64,000 nt of DNA. It comes from Octopus sinensis. Its lineage: Eukaryota. The position numbers and the translations under genes were made by a program. The notes below the pieces were generated by a model. It saw nothing but the letters and a program-made list of their open reading frames with translations, made no database searches and was not told the origin of the DNA. Shown piece by piece: positions 46,347 through 59,840 of the stretch. The stretch lies in NCBI RefSeq assembly GCF_006345805.1, contig NC_043018.1, forward strand, positions 22,506,001 through 22,570,000, in the 5' to 3' direction. The first letter of the stretch is position 1; each line of letters starts with the position of its first letter.

Positions 46347-46454
46347 TATATGTAATGTAATTTTTCTTAATCATCAGATTTTTCTATAAGCTAGACCACT
46401 GGTTTTAAATTGATATTAATCGAATTAATATTCAAGTTTTCACCCTTATCATTT

Positions 46455-46498
<44 letters not shown>

Positions 46499-46519
46499 GT
46501 ATATATATACATATATACC

Positions 46520-46669
46520 GGAGTAAACACATAAATGTGAAACAAGGTGGAGTACTCAAATACCAGTGGTAGAGTAATATGCTTTATTTAAAGCAGCAGA
46601 AAATTCACAAAACCTGTTACTCAGAGTTTCCCGTTGCCGTTCATCGAACAACTGCTGCTTTAAATAAAG

Positions 46670-46670
<1 letters not shown>
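46520..46670 (-). mobile_element. Penelope-like pLTR fragment with degenerate HHR-like motif (46614-46651) and 18-bp inverted repeat
   Basis: ctttatttaaagcagcag (46582-46599) / ctgctgctttaaataaag (46652-46669); lies between (TA)n tracts. Confidence 0.5.
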
Positions 46671-46707
<37 letters not shown>

Positions 46708-47457
46708 ATATATGCATATTTGTTAAAAGCAAATTTTTTGCTAGTTTCAGCCATTGGACACCAGCCATACTGAGACACTGCCTTGCAGAGTTTAATCCGA
46801 CACCTCGACTCCAGTAATCATTTTGAAGATTTGTACTTATTCAACATATATATATATAGGCGCAGGAGTTGCTCTGTGGTAAGCAGGGCCTTCGCTAAGC
46901 CCATGCAACCGCTGCAGTTGCAGGGGGCATCCGTGTGGGGGGGGGGGGCATCTTAAGATCAAAGCACATAGATGAGCCAACTATTTACTTTGCTTAAGAT
47001 GTTAACTGAAAATTTCAAGCCCGACATGGAAAAAATTTACGAGGGTTTGCCTTAAATAAATTTAAAAGAAGCGAAAAGGGTAAATGAAAAAAAAAACCCA
47101 GCTTATCAACGAATTCCTTAGGGAGAGAGAAGAAAAACGAAAGAAATCGAAAGCAATGAAAATAAGAACAACTTCAACAGAAAAGACAAGAAAAAGAAGC
47201 AATAGTGATGAAAGGTGGAGTGTATATAAATATGTACATACGAACATACAGAGGCATACGTACACACATTCATACATACACACATATATATATGACTGGC
47301 TTTTTCCTGTTTCCGTATACCAAATCCATTCACAAGATTTTGTCCTGCACGAGTCGATACATAAATAGATAGATAGGCGTATACCAAGCACACAGTTCTC
47401 TCAGTCTCTGTTTCTCTCTCTTTCTTTCTTCATCTCTCTGTCTCTCTCTCTGTCTCT

Positions 47458-47547
<90 letters not shown>

Positions 47548-48530
47548 GCGCAATGGCCCAGTGGTTAGGGTAGCGGACTCGCGGTCGGAGGATCGCGGTT
47601 TCGATTCCCAGACCGGGCGTTGTGGTGTTTATTGAGCGAAACACCCTAAAAGCTCCACGAGGCTCCGGCAGGGGGTGGTGATCCCTGCTGTACTCTTTCA
47701 CCACTGTTTCTCCCCACCCTTTCCTCTGTTAGCCTGCTCGCTTAGCCAGCGGTTGGCGTCATTCAAAGGCTAAAACAATGCGAACGCATTGTGACCAGCG
47801 ATGTGTAACAACATCTGATGGTCTGGTCAGTCAAGTGATCACGTGACGTGATATATATATATATATATGTATATATTATGGAGTATAACTCCAACCTTAC
47901 AGGGGAAAATTCAATTTAGTATTAAATCAAATTTCACAATATAAATATATTATATATATAAATTAGAGAAAAGCCACTATTGTGTAATTCAAACAATGAT
48001 AGACATAAACCAAATCATTAAAAATATATATTATAAAGCATATAACTAGATCACAAAAAGTACAAAAAAATGAATAAACAATTCTCTAATTTATATATAT
48101 ATTTGACGTTATTTGACGTTGTTGAAAAGCTGATCACTTCGGACCCAGAACAGTGGCCTTTGACATCCTAAGGCAATAAAAACTGGAGACAAATTTAGTT
48201 CTGTACCAAAAACAAAACATCGCGCGCGCACACACACAACCACATACACACACGCACACACACAGAAGTTTGTGTATGTATGTGTGTGTACGTATCTATC
48301 TATGTACATATATAAGGATACAGATATTGTTTGTTCACTGCCACTAAGCATCTCAATTCTCCAATGGTAACTAGTTTGTGATCGAAGTATTTTATTTTGC
48401 AAGGTACAATTTTTCTCATGAATTTGTGATTTCAGAGAAAGGAAAGAAATATTTGGTATTTTGACTTTACAGTTTGTTAATACAGTTCTATATTTAAGAG
48501 ATGAGGAATTATGTACATTATTTACATTTT

Positions 48531-48921
48531 TTTTCATTTGTTTCAGTCATTTGACTGCGGCCATGCTGGAGCACCGCCTTTAGTCGAGCAAATCGACCCC
48601 GGGACTTATTCTTTGTAAGCCCAGTACTTATTCTATCGGTCTTTTTTGCCGAACTGCTAAGTGACGGGGACGTAAACACACCAGCATCGGTTGTCAAGCA
48701 ATGCTAGGGGGACAAACACAGACACACAAAGACATACATATATATATATATACATATATACGACGGGCTTCTTTGAGTTTCCGTCTACCAAATCCACTCA
48801 CAAGGCATTGGTCGGCCCGGGACTATAGCAGAAGACACTTGCCCAAGATGCCACGCAGTGGGACTGAACCCGGAACCATGTGGTTGGTTAGCACGCTACT
48901 TACCACACAGCCACTCCTGCG
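48531..48921 (-). mobile_element. SINE family A, full-length
   Basis: Family head, body and tail; splits a pLTR. Confidence 0.9.
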
Positions 48922-48949
48922 GATATTTGTCCTCACCTCGTTTGTTGTT

Positions 48950-48995
48950 AACACAACGTTTCGGCTGATATACCCTCCAGCCTTCATCAGGTGTC
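48950..48995 (-). ncRNA. Minimal (Penelope-type) hammerhead ribozyme
   Basis: GACAC CUGAUGA A GGCUG...CAGCC GAAACGUU GUGUU; loopless palindromic ACGU stem III. A degenerate inverted copy lies at about 49269-49314. Confidence 0.72.
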
Positions 48996-49619
48996 CTGGG
49001 GAAATTTAGCTAGGTTTTGATGGAGTTTCTCTATTTGTCTCCACTGAAGTCTAATGCCGGCTCCATACCGATTAGATAATACAGTTCTATATTTAAGAGA
49101 TGCGGAATAATGTACATTGTTTACGTTATTTGACGGATATTTGTCCTCATCTTGTTTGTTGTTAACACAACGTTTCGGCTGTGTTATCTAATCGGTACGG
49201 AGCCGACATTAGACTTCAATGGAGACATATAGAGAAACCCCACCAAAAACTAGCTAAATTTCCCCAAAACACCTGATGAAGTCTGGAGAGTATATCAGCC
49301 GAACCATTGTGTTAACAACAAACAAGATGAGGACAAAAATCCGTCAAATTGTAAATAATGCAAATAATTTAAAGTTTGAATTGTAGGTTTTTCTATCTAA
49401 TCGGAATATTGCAATAGCTGAAATATAGAATTAAACAGTGAAATATAGGATTTAAAAACAGGATTTTTCGACTGTTATAAAGTCTTTAAGAATATTCACG
49501 ACTATTTTTCAAAAATAAATAATTTGAAATAGTTTGCTTTTGTTTTGGACTTAAATGTTTTTTGTATTTTAATGTTCTTGAATAAAATTCTTCGCATACA
49601 AAAACTGAGACAAGTATTG

Positions 49620-50001
49620 GAAGCATTCCGTCGGTTGCGACGATGAGGGTTCCGGTTGATCCGATCAACGGAACAGCCTGCTCGTGAAATTAACGTGTAA
49701 GTGGCTGAGCACTCCACAGACACGTGTACCCTTAACATAGTTCTCAGGGATATTCAGCGTGACGCAGAGAGTGACAAGGCTGGCCCTTTGAAATACAGGT
49801 ACAACAGAAACAGGAAGAAAGAGTGAGAGAAAGTTGTGGTGAAAGAGTACAGCAGGGATCACCACCACCTCCTGCCGGAGCCTCGTGGAGCTTTAGGTGT
49901 TTTCGCTCAATAAACACTCACAACGCCCGGTCTGGGAATCGAAACCGCGATCCTCCGACCGCGAGTCCGCTGCCCTAACCACTGGGCCATTGCGCCTCCA
50001 C
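49620..50001 (-). mobile_element. SINE family C, full-length
   Basis: Reverse complement of the 58884 copy. The same head with a different tail occurs at about 47548 and 53626. Confidence 0.88.
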
Positions 50002-50453
50002 TGAGACAACTATATTTCACTGTTGTTATTTTGAAATGCTTGTCTTCTGATATTTGTGAGTCCATCGAATAAATATTCAGCCCTATTAAATGTTGGCCTT
50101 CCTAAACATGAAATAATATGATAGCATCAGACTGAAATGAATTTAACTTGTACTTTTAAAGATGATCGTTAGGATAACGTGAAATACTGAACTTCAGATA
50201 GAATAAAGTAAAATATAGCCATGAATAAAAGGTGATTACGAATTTTGATTGAAGAGATAGGATCTCGAAACAAGAAGTTGCAGGGGGCCTCTAAAAGTCA
50301 TGCGATGGTGCTGGTGGTAGGAAGCTTGTTTCCCAGCCCCACGGTTCCGGGTTCAGTTCCTGACCCTTGGGCAATGTCTTCTACTATAGCCCCGGGCTGA
50401 CCAAAGACTTGTGAGTGGATTTGAAAGACGGAAACTGAAAGAAGCCGTCCAAT

Positions 50454-50490
<37 letters not shown>

Positions 50491-50501
50491 CATATATATA
50501 T

Positions 50502-50546
<45 letters not shown>

Positions 50547-50658
50547 ACATATATATGAATATATATATATATATATATTATATATAATATATATATTATA
50601 TATATATATTATATATATATATAATATATTATATATAATATATATATATATATATTAT

Positions 50659-50723
<65 letters not shown>

Positions 50724-50725
<2 letters not shown>

Positions 50726-51474
50726 ACAATTGAGGATAAAATCTTTAAAAGAAATTATCAGTAGACAGCGTGAAAAACCTCGTAAGAGAAAAAATCCGTA
50801 AATTCTTTCTTCCTCTTTGAAAATATTCATTTATATTATAATGAGGGTACTACTATTAGTAGATACCACACGCTAAGAGGGACCAATGCGGTCAAAACTA
50901 CTAAAAATAACAAAATATTACCGAATGCAAAACTTCAAAACACATCATTTTAAAAAAGAATTCAGTTACATATCACATGTGATTTCGCATTTAATGCAGA
51001 ATATGCATTTCATGTTCGTCAGTGCAACAAACTCAAGAAATATAAGAGAAAACATAACATTACAAACTCGATAGCCAACCGTAGAATTCGTCGTAGCTTG
51101 TACGAATGTTTATCTTTACATATATATGAAAATGGCGGGCTTTTTCGCAATGCATTTCGGTAACAAATTGTCTAGTCGGAATAAAAATTCAGTATTGAAC
51201 TATTCCGGTGAAAAATATAAATCAACAATTGAGGATAAAATCTTGAAAAACCTCGTAAGAGAAAAAATCCGTAAATTCTTCCTCTTTGAAAATATTCATT
51301 TATATTATAATGAGGGTACTACTATTAGTAGATACCAACACGCTAAGAGGGACCAATGCGGTCAAAACTACTAAAAATAAACAAAATAATATTTTGTTCA
51401 TTTTTAGTAGTTTTGACCGCATTGGTCCCTCTTAGCGTGTTGGTATCTACTAATAGTAGTACCCTCATTATAAT
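50724..51474. repeat. 499-bp direct repeat (~1.35 copies) plus ~85-bp terminal inverted arm, in (TA)n
   Basis: caacaattgaggataaaatc recurs at 50724 and 51223; near-perfect palindrome over about 51304-51474. Confidence 0.85.
50965..51028 (-). ncRNA. Type I hammerhead in a 499-bp repeat unit
   Basis: Stem I GUUGCA/UGUAAC, CUGACGA, extended stem II with inner AAUGCA/UGCAUU hairpin (first pair is an A-C mismatch), GAAA, palindromic stem III AUCACAUGUGAU, AUA triplet. Confidence 0.72.
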
Positions 51475-51502
51475 ATATATATATAATATATATATATATA
51501 TA

Positions 51503-51533
<31 letters not shown>

Positions 51534-51803
51534 TGTATGTATGTATGTATGTATGTATGTATTTGTGTGCCTGTGTTTTTGTCCCCCACCATCGCTTGAA
51601 ACCGATGTTGGTGTGTTTACGTCCCCGTAACTTAGCTGTTCGGCTCGGCAAAAAGACCATAAGAATAAGTACTAGGCTTACAAAGAATAAGTCCTGGGGT
51701 ATATTTGCTCGACTAATGGCGGTGCTTCAGCATGGCCAGAGTCAAATGACTGAAACAAGTAACCACATACAGCTATATTTTATGTATAGAGAGACTTAAA
51801 CAA

Positions 51804-52024
51804 TACGAGGGTGTGTTGAAAAGTTCCTGGCTTTAAGGGTATCGTGAAAGGCCAGCTCAGAGGCCCAACCTTTCGAGTTCCTTTACAGTGCTTTAAAAAA
51901 CCGAAGGACCGTTGCAACACATGTGCGAATCTGAGAGGGGAATATGTTGAATAAAATCATAATTCTCTGATCCTCCTGTATTTTCTTTTACCCTAAGCTA
52001 GGGACTTTTCCGTACCCCCTCGTA
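51804..52024. mobile_element. Mariner-type MITE with TA flanks
   Basis: Imperfect TIRs tacgagggtgtgttgaaaagttcctggctt / aagctagggacttttccgtaccccctcgta. Confidence 0.78.
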
Positions 52025-52774
52025 TTTCCTTATGTGTGCTGTCTCAGTGGACAGAAAATGTGAGATTAGCTGGATTAATTTCATTGCTGTATCGGAATTT
52101 CATCAACAACCCAATACACACGTTAACTGTAGTCAGGGATTATGTTTTATAAACCCACTTTAACTATGGACTCGAATAATCGGATAGACTGATTTACAAA
52201 TAGTACTTTGTTTGAGTTTGATTAATAAATGACTGGTGTGTATGGTTTTAATGTTGCACTCTACAACGGAATATATCTATAGATTTTTAGCAAACACTTT
52301 TTGTATTAATAGATTAAAACCTCTTGCTTTTTATCTTTTAGTTTTTACTTACTCCAACCATTGAACTGCGGTGACGCTGGATCACCACCTTCATGAGATA
52401 AACGAATGATTCGACTCCTGTACTTTTTACCAGCCCCAATGCATATTTTACCGGTATGTTTTGTTGAACTGCTAAGTTCAGGAGTTGTTGTCAAACCAAC
52501 TTCTGTTTTCAAGCGGTTGTAAAGGACAAACACAAACACAAAGACATACACACACTCACATACACACACAAACACACACACACGCACGCATACACACAAA
52601 AAAACAAAAGAAATAGACACACGCACACACACACAAACACTCGCACAATCAAGACAGACACATAGATGCGAAGCGCTGCCTTCAGTTTCAGTGCGTCTAC
52701 CAAATCTACTCACAAGGCTTTGTCCCGCTCGCTCCATAATGGAAGATACGTGCTCTCGATGTCATGCTGTGACA

Positions 52775-53110
52775 TGGCTCAATGATTAGAGCGTCAGTCT
52801 CACAGTCACGAGGTAGTGAGTTCGAATCCCCGACCGGGATGTGTGTTGTATTGTTGAGCAAGACACTTTACTTCACATTGCTCCAGTTCACTCGGCTGTA
52901 GAAATGAGTTGCAACGTCATTGGTGCCAAGCTATATTGGCCTTTGTCTTTCTCATGGACAGCATCGGTGGCATGAAGAGCGGAAGCTGGCATGCATGGGC
53001 GATTGCTAGTCTTCCATAAACAACTATGCCCGGACTTATGCCTCGGAGGGGAACTTTTTAGGTGTAATCCCATTGTCATTCATGATCGAAGGGTTTTCTT
53101 TTTACCCTTT
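52775..53110 (+). mobile_element. tRNA-derived SINE family D
   Basis: tRNA-like head ggctcaatgattagagcg...gagttcgaatcc. Related heads near 9130-9800, 15400, 24820 and 31815. Confidence 0.65.
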
Positions 53111-53922
53111 ATACGCCATTGAAATCGGGTAACCAGTATTACGAGTCCTTGGGTTCAAGAAAAGCAGTCATTGAATGACGTGGCACCAGATACATTATAC
53201 TTAACATGTTTCCAAACATGTGCATCACTGGTGACTCCAGCGGCACAGAATGAATGTGACTATCGTTTAGTATCGCGGATGTCACCCCTTAATAGATATG
53301 CCACAACATATGTCACATGACCGTGATGGACATGTCTTCCAAATGTTGATATACATCGCTGGTCACAATGCACTTTGTATCGTTTTAGCACTCGAATGAT
53401 GCTATCCCGCTTGCTAGGCGAGCTGGTCAACATTTTCCATGATTGGAATATTAGTTCGTCTCAACCATTTACGGATGAGTCGACTGGAAGAATGTGAAAT
53501 AAATTATTTTGCTGAAGAACGCATGCGCCTCTCGGTGCAGGAATCGAACTCACGATCTAGCAATCGTGAGTACAACTTCTTAACCACTAGGTCACCACAT
53601 ATATATATATAAATATATATATGTGGAGGCGCAATGGCCCAGTGATTAGGGCAGCGGACTCGCTGTTTCGATTCCCAGACTGGGCGTTGTGAGTGTTTAT
53701 TGAGCGAAAACACCTAAAGCTCCACGAAGCTCTAGCAGGGGTTGGTGGCGATCCCTGCTGTACCCTTTCGATGCAACTTTCTCTCACCTTTCTTCTGTTG
53801 GCCTGCTCGCTTAGCCAGCGGGGTGGCGTCACTTGAAGGCTAAAACAATGCGAAGCGCATTGTGACCAGCGATATGTAGCAACATCTGATAGCCTGGTCG
53901 GTCATGTGATATATATATATAT

Positions 53923-53968
<46 letters not shown>

Positions 53969-56479
53969 TATATCAGCCGATATTGCGAAGATAATCTGGT
54001 ACTCGTCTGAGGAGAGAAAAGTTCGAATGACCCGTCCTTGTTTTCTTTGTATCGTCTATCTGAATGTTTTGTTGTCCCGTTTTTGTATCACCTAACTGAC
54101 TGGATGTTTTGCGTTCTTGTCCCATTTTGTATTTCATATATATATCTATCTCTCTCTCTATATATATATAGAAGGTAAAAAATTTTTTAGAAATCTATCG
54201 CATAATTTATGACAAAATCAGACCATTGTTGCAAAAGAAAATATGGCGCTCAGTGGACTTGAGCGCCATATTTTCTTGATAGGCAAAGTGTTAAACAAAT
54301 AAACATAAAATTGGACGGGATGGTCGCAGCTTTAACGCCTTTTATCATAGGTTTACACATCCTAAACTCACCCGAGGCTAAATAACAGCAATAATAGGTA
54401 ATATTAACAACGCTGATAATAGTAATAACACCATCAACAACTATCCCGCAAAAAAAGAAAGAAAAACAAAGTACCCACGAAAAATCACAGACACATACAC
54501 AAACGTATACATTCACACACATACGCACAACAAAATAAAAACGAAAATTAAAAGCCCCGCGATAAGTAGATTAGCGAACATTTTAAATTCGTTTTAAATC
54601 AATTTCTGTCTGATTATAATAAATAGAGGCTGTAAAGCAGAAACGCCGGTTCGTGCGGTGAGGATTAAACGAGATCACTGTCAGGTGTTTAAACGGGATA
54701 ACATTACGTCTCTACCCTGCTTTTTTTTTTACTCTCTTCGTCCACCCATCTACAACCTTTTCTTTCTTTGGTCGCCCCTCCACTACCACCACCACACTGT
54801 CTAATTTCTTTGTAAAATAAAATAAAAAAGTTGCAAAAAAATATAAGTATATAAAATAAGATCTAAAAAAAAGCCTGTTATTTTCACCAATCCCGTATTT
54901 TAAAACGTTGATTGCATCCCTTTTATTTTGTTTTTTAATATAATTGTTTCATTTTATTATTTTTTTTTTGCTTTTTAGGTAAGGTTCTCGAGAAATGTCA
55001 CGAGACATCAGGAGATACCCCCACTTATTTTATATACTGTGTATATGTGTGTATGCCAGCTTGCTTGTGTGTATGTGTGCGCGTTTTAATTGCTTCAATC
55101 ACCTGATTGGCATTTGGGATGAGGTAGGATAAAACTTATAACAAATGGGACAACGAGGGTGCGCGGGCGCGTGTGCCTTTTATCTTCTATTTGTTTTACT
55201 CATTGCACAGCGGCCATGCTGGGGCACCGCCTTTAAGGATTTCAGTCGGACAAACCGAACCCCCCCCCCATCACATAAACAACATCGATTTTCCAGAATT
55301 ATGTTCCAAAATCTTTCTGGATTACAGATATTTTCGAACTATGGATGTCCAGTCTAGTCAACATAATCTAAGTTAAACTAACAGCAAATTCACATAAATA
55401 ATTAGTGTAAATTAGTGCGGATTATAAGAAGTTCAAGACCATCATAGTCCGGAAATTCAGTGTTATATATGTACCTTCTCTTTTTTTTTATTAAAGTTTG
55501 GTACTTATTCCATCGGATTTCTTCTTACCTTTGGGGACGTAAACAAGCCAACACCGGTTTATATGCAGAGTTGATGGACAAACAAAAACATATACAGACC
55601 CACACGCACACACACACATACACACACACTCACACATACAATGAGCTTCCACAATGTTTCCATTTACCAAAGCCACTCACGAGGCTTTGATCGGTTCGGG
55701 GCTATAGTAGAAGACACTTGCCCAAGGTTCCACGTGGTTGGACAGATCCCGAAACCACGCTGTCGCAAAGCGAGCTTAATTATGCAACCATGCCTGCTCC
55801 TACGTATGTTATATATCTATATGATGCATATGTACGTTTGACACAAAGTGAATAAATCTGCACACACCATTGTTGCTATTATTGTTGTTAAGCTCAGGAT
55901 CAGGACCGAAGAAGCAGACGTATGATGAAAAGTGTTCGTTATTCCCGCCTCTTTCTATATAGTGGAAGCCGCTTATAGCGATCTCTTAAAACGGAAATAT
56001 TTGGACGACAATAATCGTCTGACAACATTAACCCGTATATGCCCATAAAAAAATTTTCACTGTATTTAGATTAAACGTTACGGTAAGCTTTCACAATCTG
56101 GAAGAGTAGGACAGCATGCAACTGTTAGTTACAGGTATCGACTACCTACTGAGCATTTCGTATGCTCAGTCAGATGCTTCCCGGTGAGTCCATATCCAAA
56201 CACGTAGGAGAAGATTTTGCGTTGCGAAAACGCAACGAGGGGTATATATGTGTTAAGCAAAAATAGAAAATTGATTATCTTGAGTGTTTGAGACCCACTA
56301 ACTCTGGTAACACTGCTGATGACAGTATCCGTGATTACAATGAACGGCTTTCCAGATACACACGCACAAATACATTCATATGAATATATATGCACAAACA
56401 CAACACACCACACACACACACCACACAAGTATATGTATATATATATATATATATATATAACTAAATGTATATATATATA

Positions 56480-56510
<31 letters not shown>

Positions 56511-57215
56511 CATTCTATATATATATATGATATATAAATGGATATATATATATAGATAATATGTATATATATTGAAATACTATATATTATATATATATAA
56601 ATATGTATGTATATATATATATATATATATTATATATAGATGTGTGGTGATGTGTGGTGTGTGTGTGTATGTATGTATGTAGAACGTATGTAGTATGTGT
56701 GTATATATATATGTATGTATGTATGTATGCATGCATGTATGTATGTATGTATGCATGTATGTATGTATGTATGTATGTATGTATGTATGTATGTGTGTAT
56801 TTATGTATGTATGTATGTATGTATGTATGTAGGTATGTATGTATACAAACCACGTACAGTGGTCACTTTGGAAAATATTAGATACCTATAACCGGTGGTA
56901 AAAATAAGCGTTTCATAACACTATCCGTGATTATAATAAGAGGTTTTTACAAAAAATTCAGAAGTACATTATCAAGGTGTCCATTCCCTTTTTTTGTTCT
57001 TTTTATTTAGACAGTAGATAGTCATTTGAGGAAAATTTGGCTGCTCTTTCTAACAGGCTGGCCTTCTCGATCTGCTGTTATGCATGTGTACTATCGTGGT
57101 ATTTGTGTGCGTATGTGTAGATATGTAAACGTCTGTGGGCGCACGTATTTAGTGCTTGTATATAAAGATATATAGGTCGCATTAGGTGTATATAGGTCGA
57201 TGTTGTTGACCTTTA

Positions 57216-57315
57216 NNNNNNNNNNNNNNNNNNNNNNNNNNNNNNNNNNNNNNNNNNNNNNNNNNNNNNNNNNNNNNNNNNNNNNNNNNNNNNNNNNNNN
57301 NNNNNNNNNNNNNNN
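57216..57315. other. Assembly gap (100 N)
   Basis: N run; the round length suggests a placeholder of unknown true size. Confidence 0.98.
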
Positions 57316-57678
57316 GAAATCAGAATTGATAAACAGTCATCGATAGATAAATAAGTGTTATAAGGCCATAAATTAGACGGGGTCCAAAGATCACGGAAAG
57401 ATGAATTGAGAGGGACTGCGAAATTCTTCGACAATGTGTGATCTTATAAGAAAGACAAAGAAATGCATAGACCAGATCTGAAATCACGTCTTATGAACAA
57501 ATAAGACATAACTGAGAAAGATCTCATAGTCTCTCTAAGGCAAGCCATCACTTCTCATTGAGCGGACACAGCTCCGGTACTACGGAAAGGTGATGAGAAT
57601 GGCTCGGGGAAAGAATCGTTAGATGGATTCTTCTAGCCAAACCAACTGGTAGGAGATATAGGAGTAGACCAAGAGATA
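57316..57678 (+). mobile_element. RTE-type LINE 3' region, part 1
   Basis: IERTQLRYYGKVMRM / ERIVRWILLAKPTGRRYRSRPR resembles the RTE RLRWFGHV.RM...GRR.RGRP motif. Confidence 0.7.
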
Positions 57679-58066
57679 TCTTTATATATAAAAGTCAAGT
57701 TGTGTGTCTGTCTCCTACGATTTAGATTCCTAACTACTCCCACATTTTGCGGTGCAGTTTAACCAAAACCGGGTATCTTATAGTCGTGATTCATATCGAG
57801 CCCTTCTGGGTATTAGCGCGCGTCTACGATGAGTCTACAATTTTAAAAAAAAAATTACCATCATTTTTTCCATTTTAATGCATTTTTCGCTATTATATAA
57901 GGGAAGTAACTCTCTAAAAATGTCTACGATGAGTCAACGATTTAAAAAAAAATTTACCATCACTTTTTTTTCCCATTTTTTTGCTATTTTTTGGCTATAA
58001 CTATCTAAAAATGCTTATATAGTTATTTCCCTTACAAACCCGAGCAACGCCGGGCGATACTGCTAG
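57679..58066 (+). mobile_element. Non-autonomous Helitron, copy 1
   Basis: A|TC 5' end, subterminal hairpin cccgagcaacgccggg, CTAG|T 3' end, no TSD. Confidence 0.88.
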
Positions 58067-58285
58067 TTTGGATATAATGCATTTGGTCCATTATCTCAAC
58101 TGGTCACGTTTGAGAATCCAGACGGAAAGTGTAATTACGGTTGCTTTTGATAGGATCATATGGGGGAGGAGGAGGATGTACCTGAGGACTCTACCCACCA
58201 CCTCCGCCTCCAAAGAATAGTGAACGGAGAAAGATAAATGGATGGATGGATGGTTGAATGGATGGATGGTTGAATGGATGGATGA
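58067..58285 (+). mobile_element. RTE-type LINE 3' region, part 2, with (TGGA)n tail
   Basis: Continues after the Helitron: WSRLRIQ...VAFDRIIW...LRTLP, then a ggat repeat tail. Confidence 0.6.
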
Positions 58286-58883
58286 GCAAATTGAATACAG
58301 TATCCACGTGACCATCTCGCTTCTCATTTGTTGTTTTGTAAAACACCAATTTCACAACACTTCATGTCCTCCCGCCACCTTAGTAATTATAAGACAATTA
58401 AGGCGACGAGCTGGCAGAACCATTAATTAGCACGCCGAGCAAAAATGCTTAGCAGCATTTCGTCCGTCGCTACGTTGAGTTCAAATTCCGCTCAGGTCGA
58501 CTTTGCCTTTCATCCTTTCGGGATCGATAAAATGAGTACCAGTTGAGCACTGGGATCGATGTAATTGACTTACCGCACACACCACCACCACCATCACCAC
58601 CACCACTGAAATTGCTGGCCTGGTGCCAAAATTTGAAATTATTATCTATTAGACAATTGTGCTTTGCCTAAAAGATTTTCCCCCTTTTAGTACATCGCCA
58701 GAAATAAGGAGAAATAATTCTTTCTAATTTTTTTAGGCCAAATCTGGGAGTTTTGACGTGAAAGGGAAGTCGATTTCATTGACCTGTTACTTACATGGGG
58801 TGTACATTGAAGATTTTCCCTGTATCACTTCCGGTTGTTGCAGGAAACGGAACTTGTACAGATATAATTATACATGTCTCTGT

Positions 58884-59262
58884 GGAGGCGCAATGGCCCA
58901 GTGGTTAGGGCAGCGGACTCGCGGTCATAGGATCGCGGTTTCGAATCCCATACCGGGCGTTGTGAGTGTTTATTGAGCGAAAACATCTAAAGCCCCACGA
59001 GGCTCCGGCAAGGGATGTTGGCGATCACTGCTGTACTCTTTCACCACAACTTTCTCTCACTCTTACTTCCTGTTTCTGTTGTGCCTGTAATTCAAAGGGC
59101 CAGCCTTGTCACTCTCTGTGTCACGCTGAATATCCCCGAGAACTGCGTTAAGGGTACACGTGTCTGTGGAGTGCTCACCCACTTGCACGTTAGTTTCACG
59201 AGCAGGCCGTTCCGTTGATCAGATCAACGAGAACACTCATCGTCGTAACCGACGGAGTGCCA
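58884..59262 (+). mobile_element. tRNA-derived SINE family C, full-length
   Basis: Head GGAGGCGCAATGGCCCAGTGGTTAGGGCAGCGG, B-box GGTTTCGAATCC. Confidence 0.88.
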
Positions 59263-59358
59263 ATAAATTCATGTCTCTAAATGTCACATTGTAAATTGCA
59301 ACTTTCCATCAGTATTCGTTCGTGCTTTACGGCTACTGAAGTGGACTAAGGTGTTATA

Positions 59359-59427
59359 ATGGAGGCAGTTGAATGCAGATTAGCGATTAGGTTCTTATAC
59401 TTAAAAGGTCGTACACCAAAAGAGACT
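59359..59427 (+). pseudogene. Mariner transposase N-terminal fragment
   Basis: MEAVECRLAIRFLYLKGRTPKET resembles the mariner HTH start; truncated. Confidence 0.6.
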
Positions 59428-59604
59428 CGTATATTATCCACTGCAAAAGGATGAAAGGTAAAACTGACGTCGGTGGCATTTGAACTCGAGACGTAAAGCC
59501 GGAAGAAATGTCACTAAGAAATTACTCCGCCGCCGTGACTAATAAGAAATAATTAAATAACCTATTAATATACCTACCCCAGTAGATGACTGGTACTTTA
59601 TTTT

Positions 59605-59840
59605 AAGGTGGCGAGCTGGCAGAAACGTTAGCACGCCGGGCGAAATGCGTAGCCGTATTTCGTCTGCCGTTACGTTCTGAGTTCAAATTCCGCCGAGGTT
59701 GACTTTGCCTTTCATCCTTTCGGGGTCGATTAAATAAGTACCAGTTACGCACTGGGGTCGATATAATCGACTTAATCCGTGTGTCTGTCCTTGTTTGTCC
59801 TCCCTTGATTAGCCCCTTGTAGGTAGGAAAGAAATAGGTA
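59605..59840 (+). mobile_element. SINE family B
   Basis: Family head and body. Other copies near 4220, 21057, 24617 (-) and 58403. Confidence 0.88.

Larger units (their letters stand above)
48480..49355. mobile_element. Penelope-like pLTR fragments in direct and inverted arrangement, interrupted by a SINE
   Basis: 48921-49075 is mirrored at about 49182-49355; aatacagttctatatttaagagatg recurs at about 48480 and 49079; carries an HHR. Confidence 0.7.

Noticed and set aside
47545-47620. tRNA-like sequences at SINE heads
   Set aside because: A and B boxes are present but there is no complete cloverleaf; these are SINE heads, not tRNA genes.
58775-58860. Candidate next IDO exon ending in GTAAGT
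   Set aside because: Translation (VPFPATTGSDTGKIFNVHP) shows no IDO similarity.
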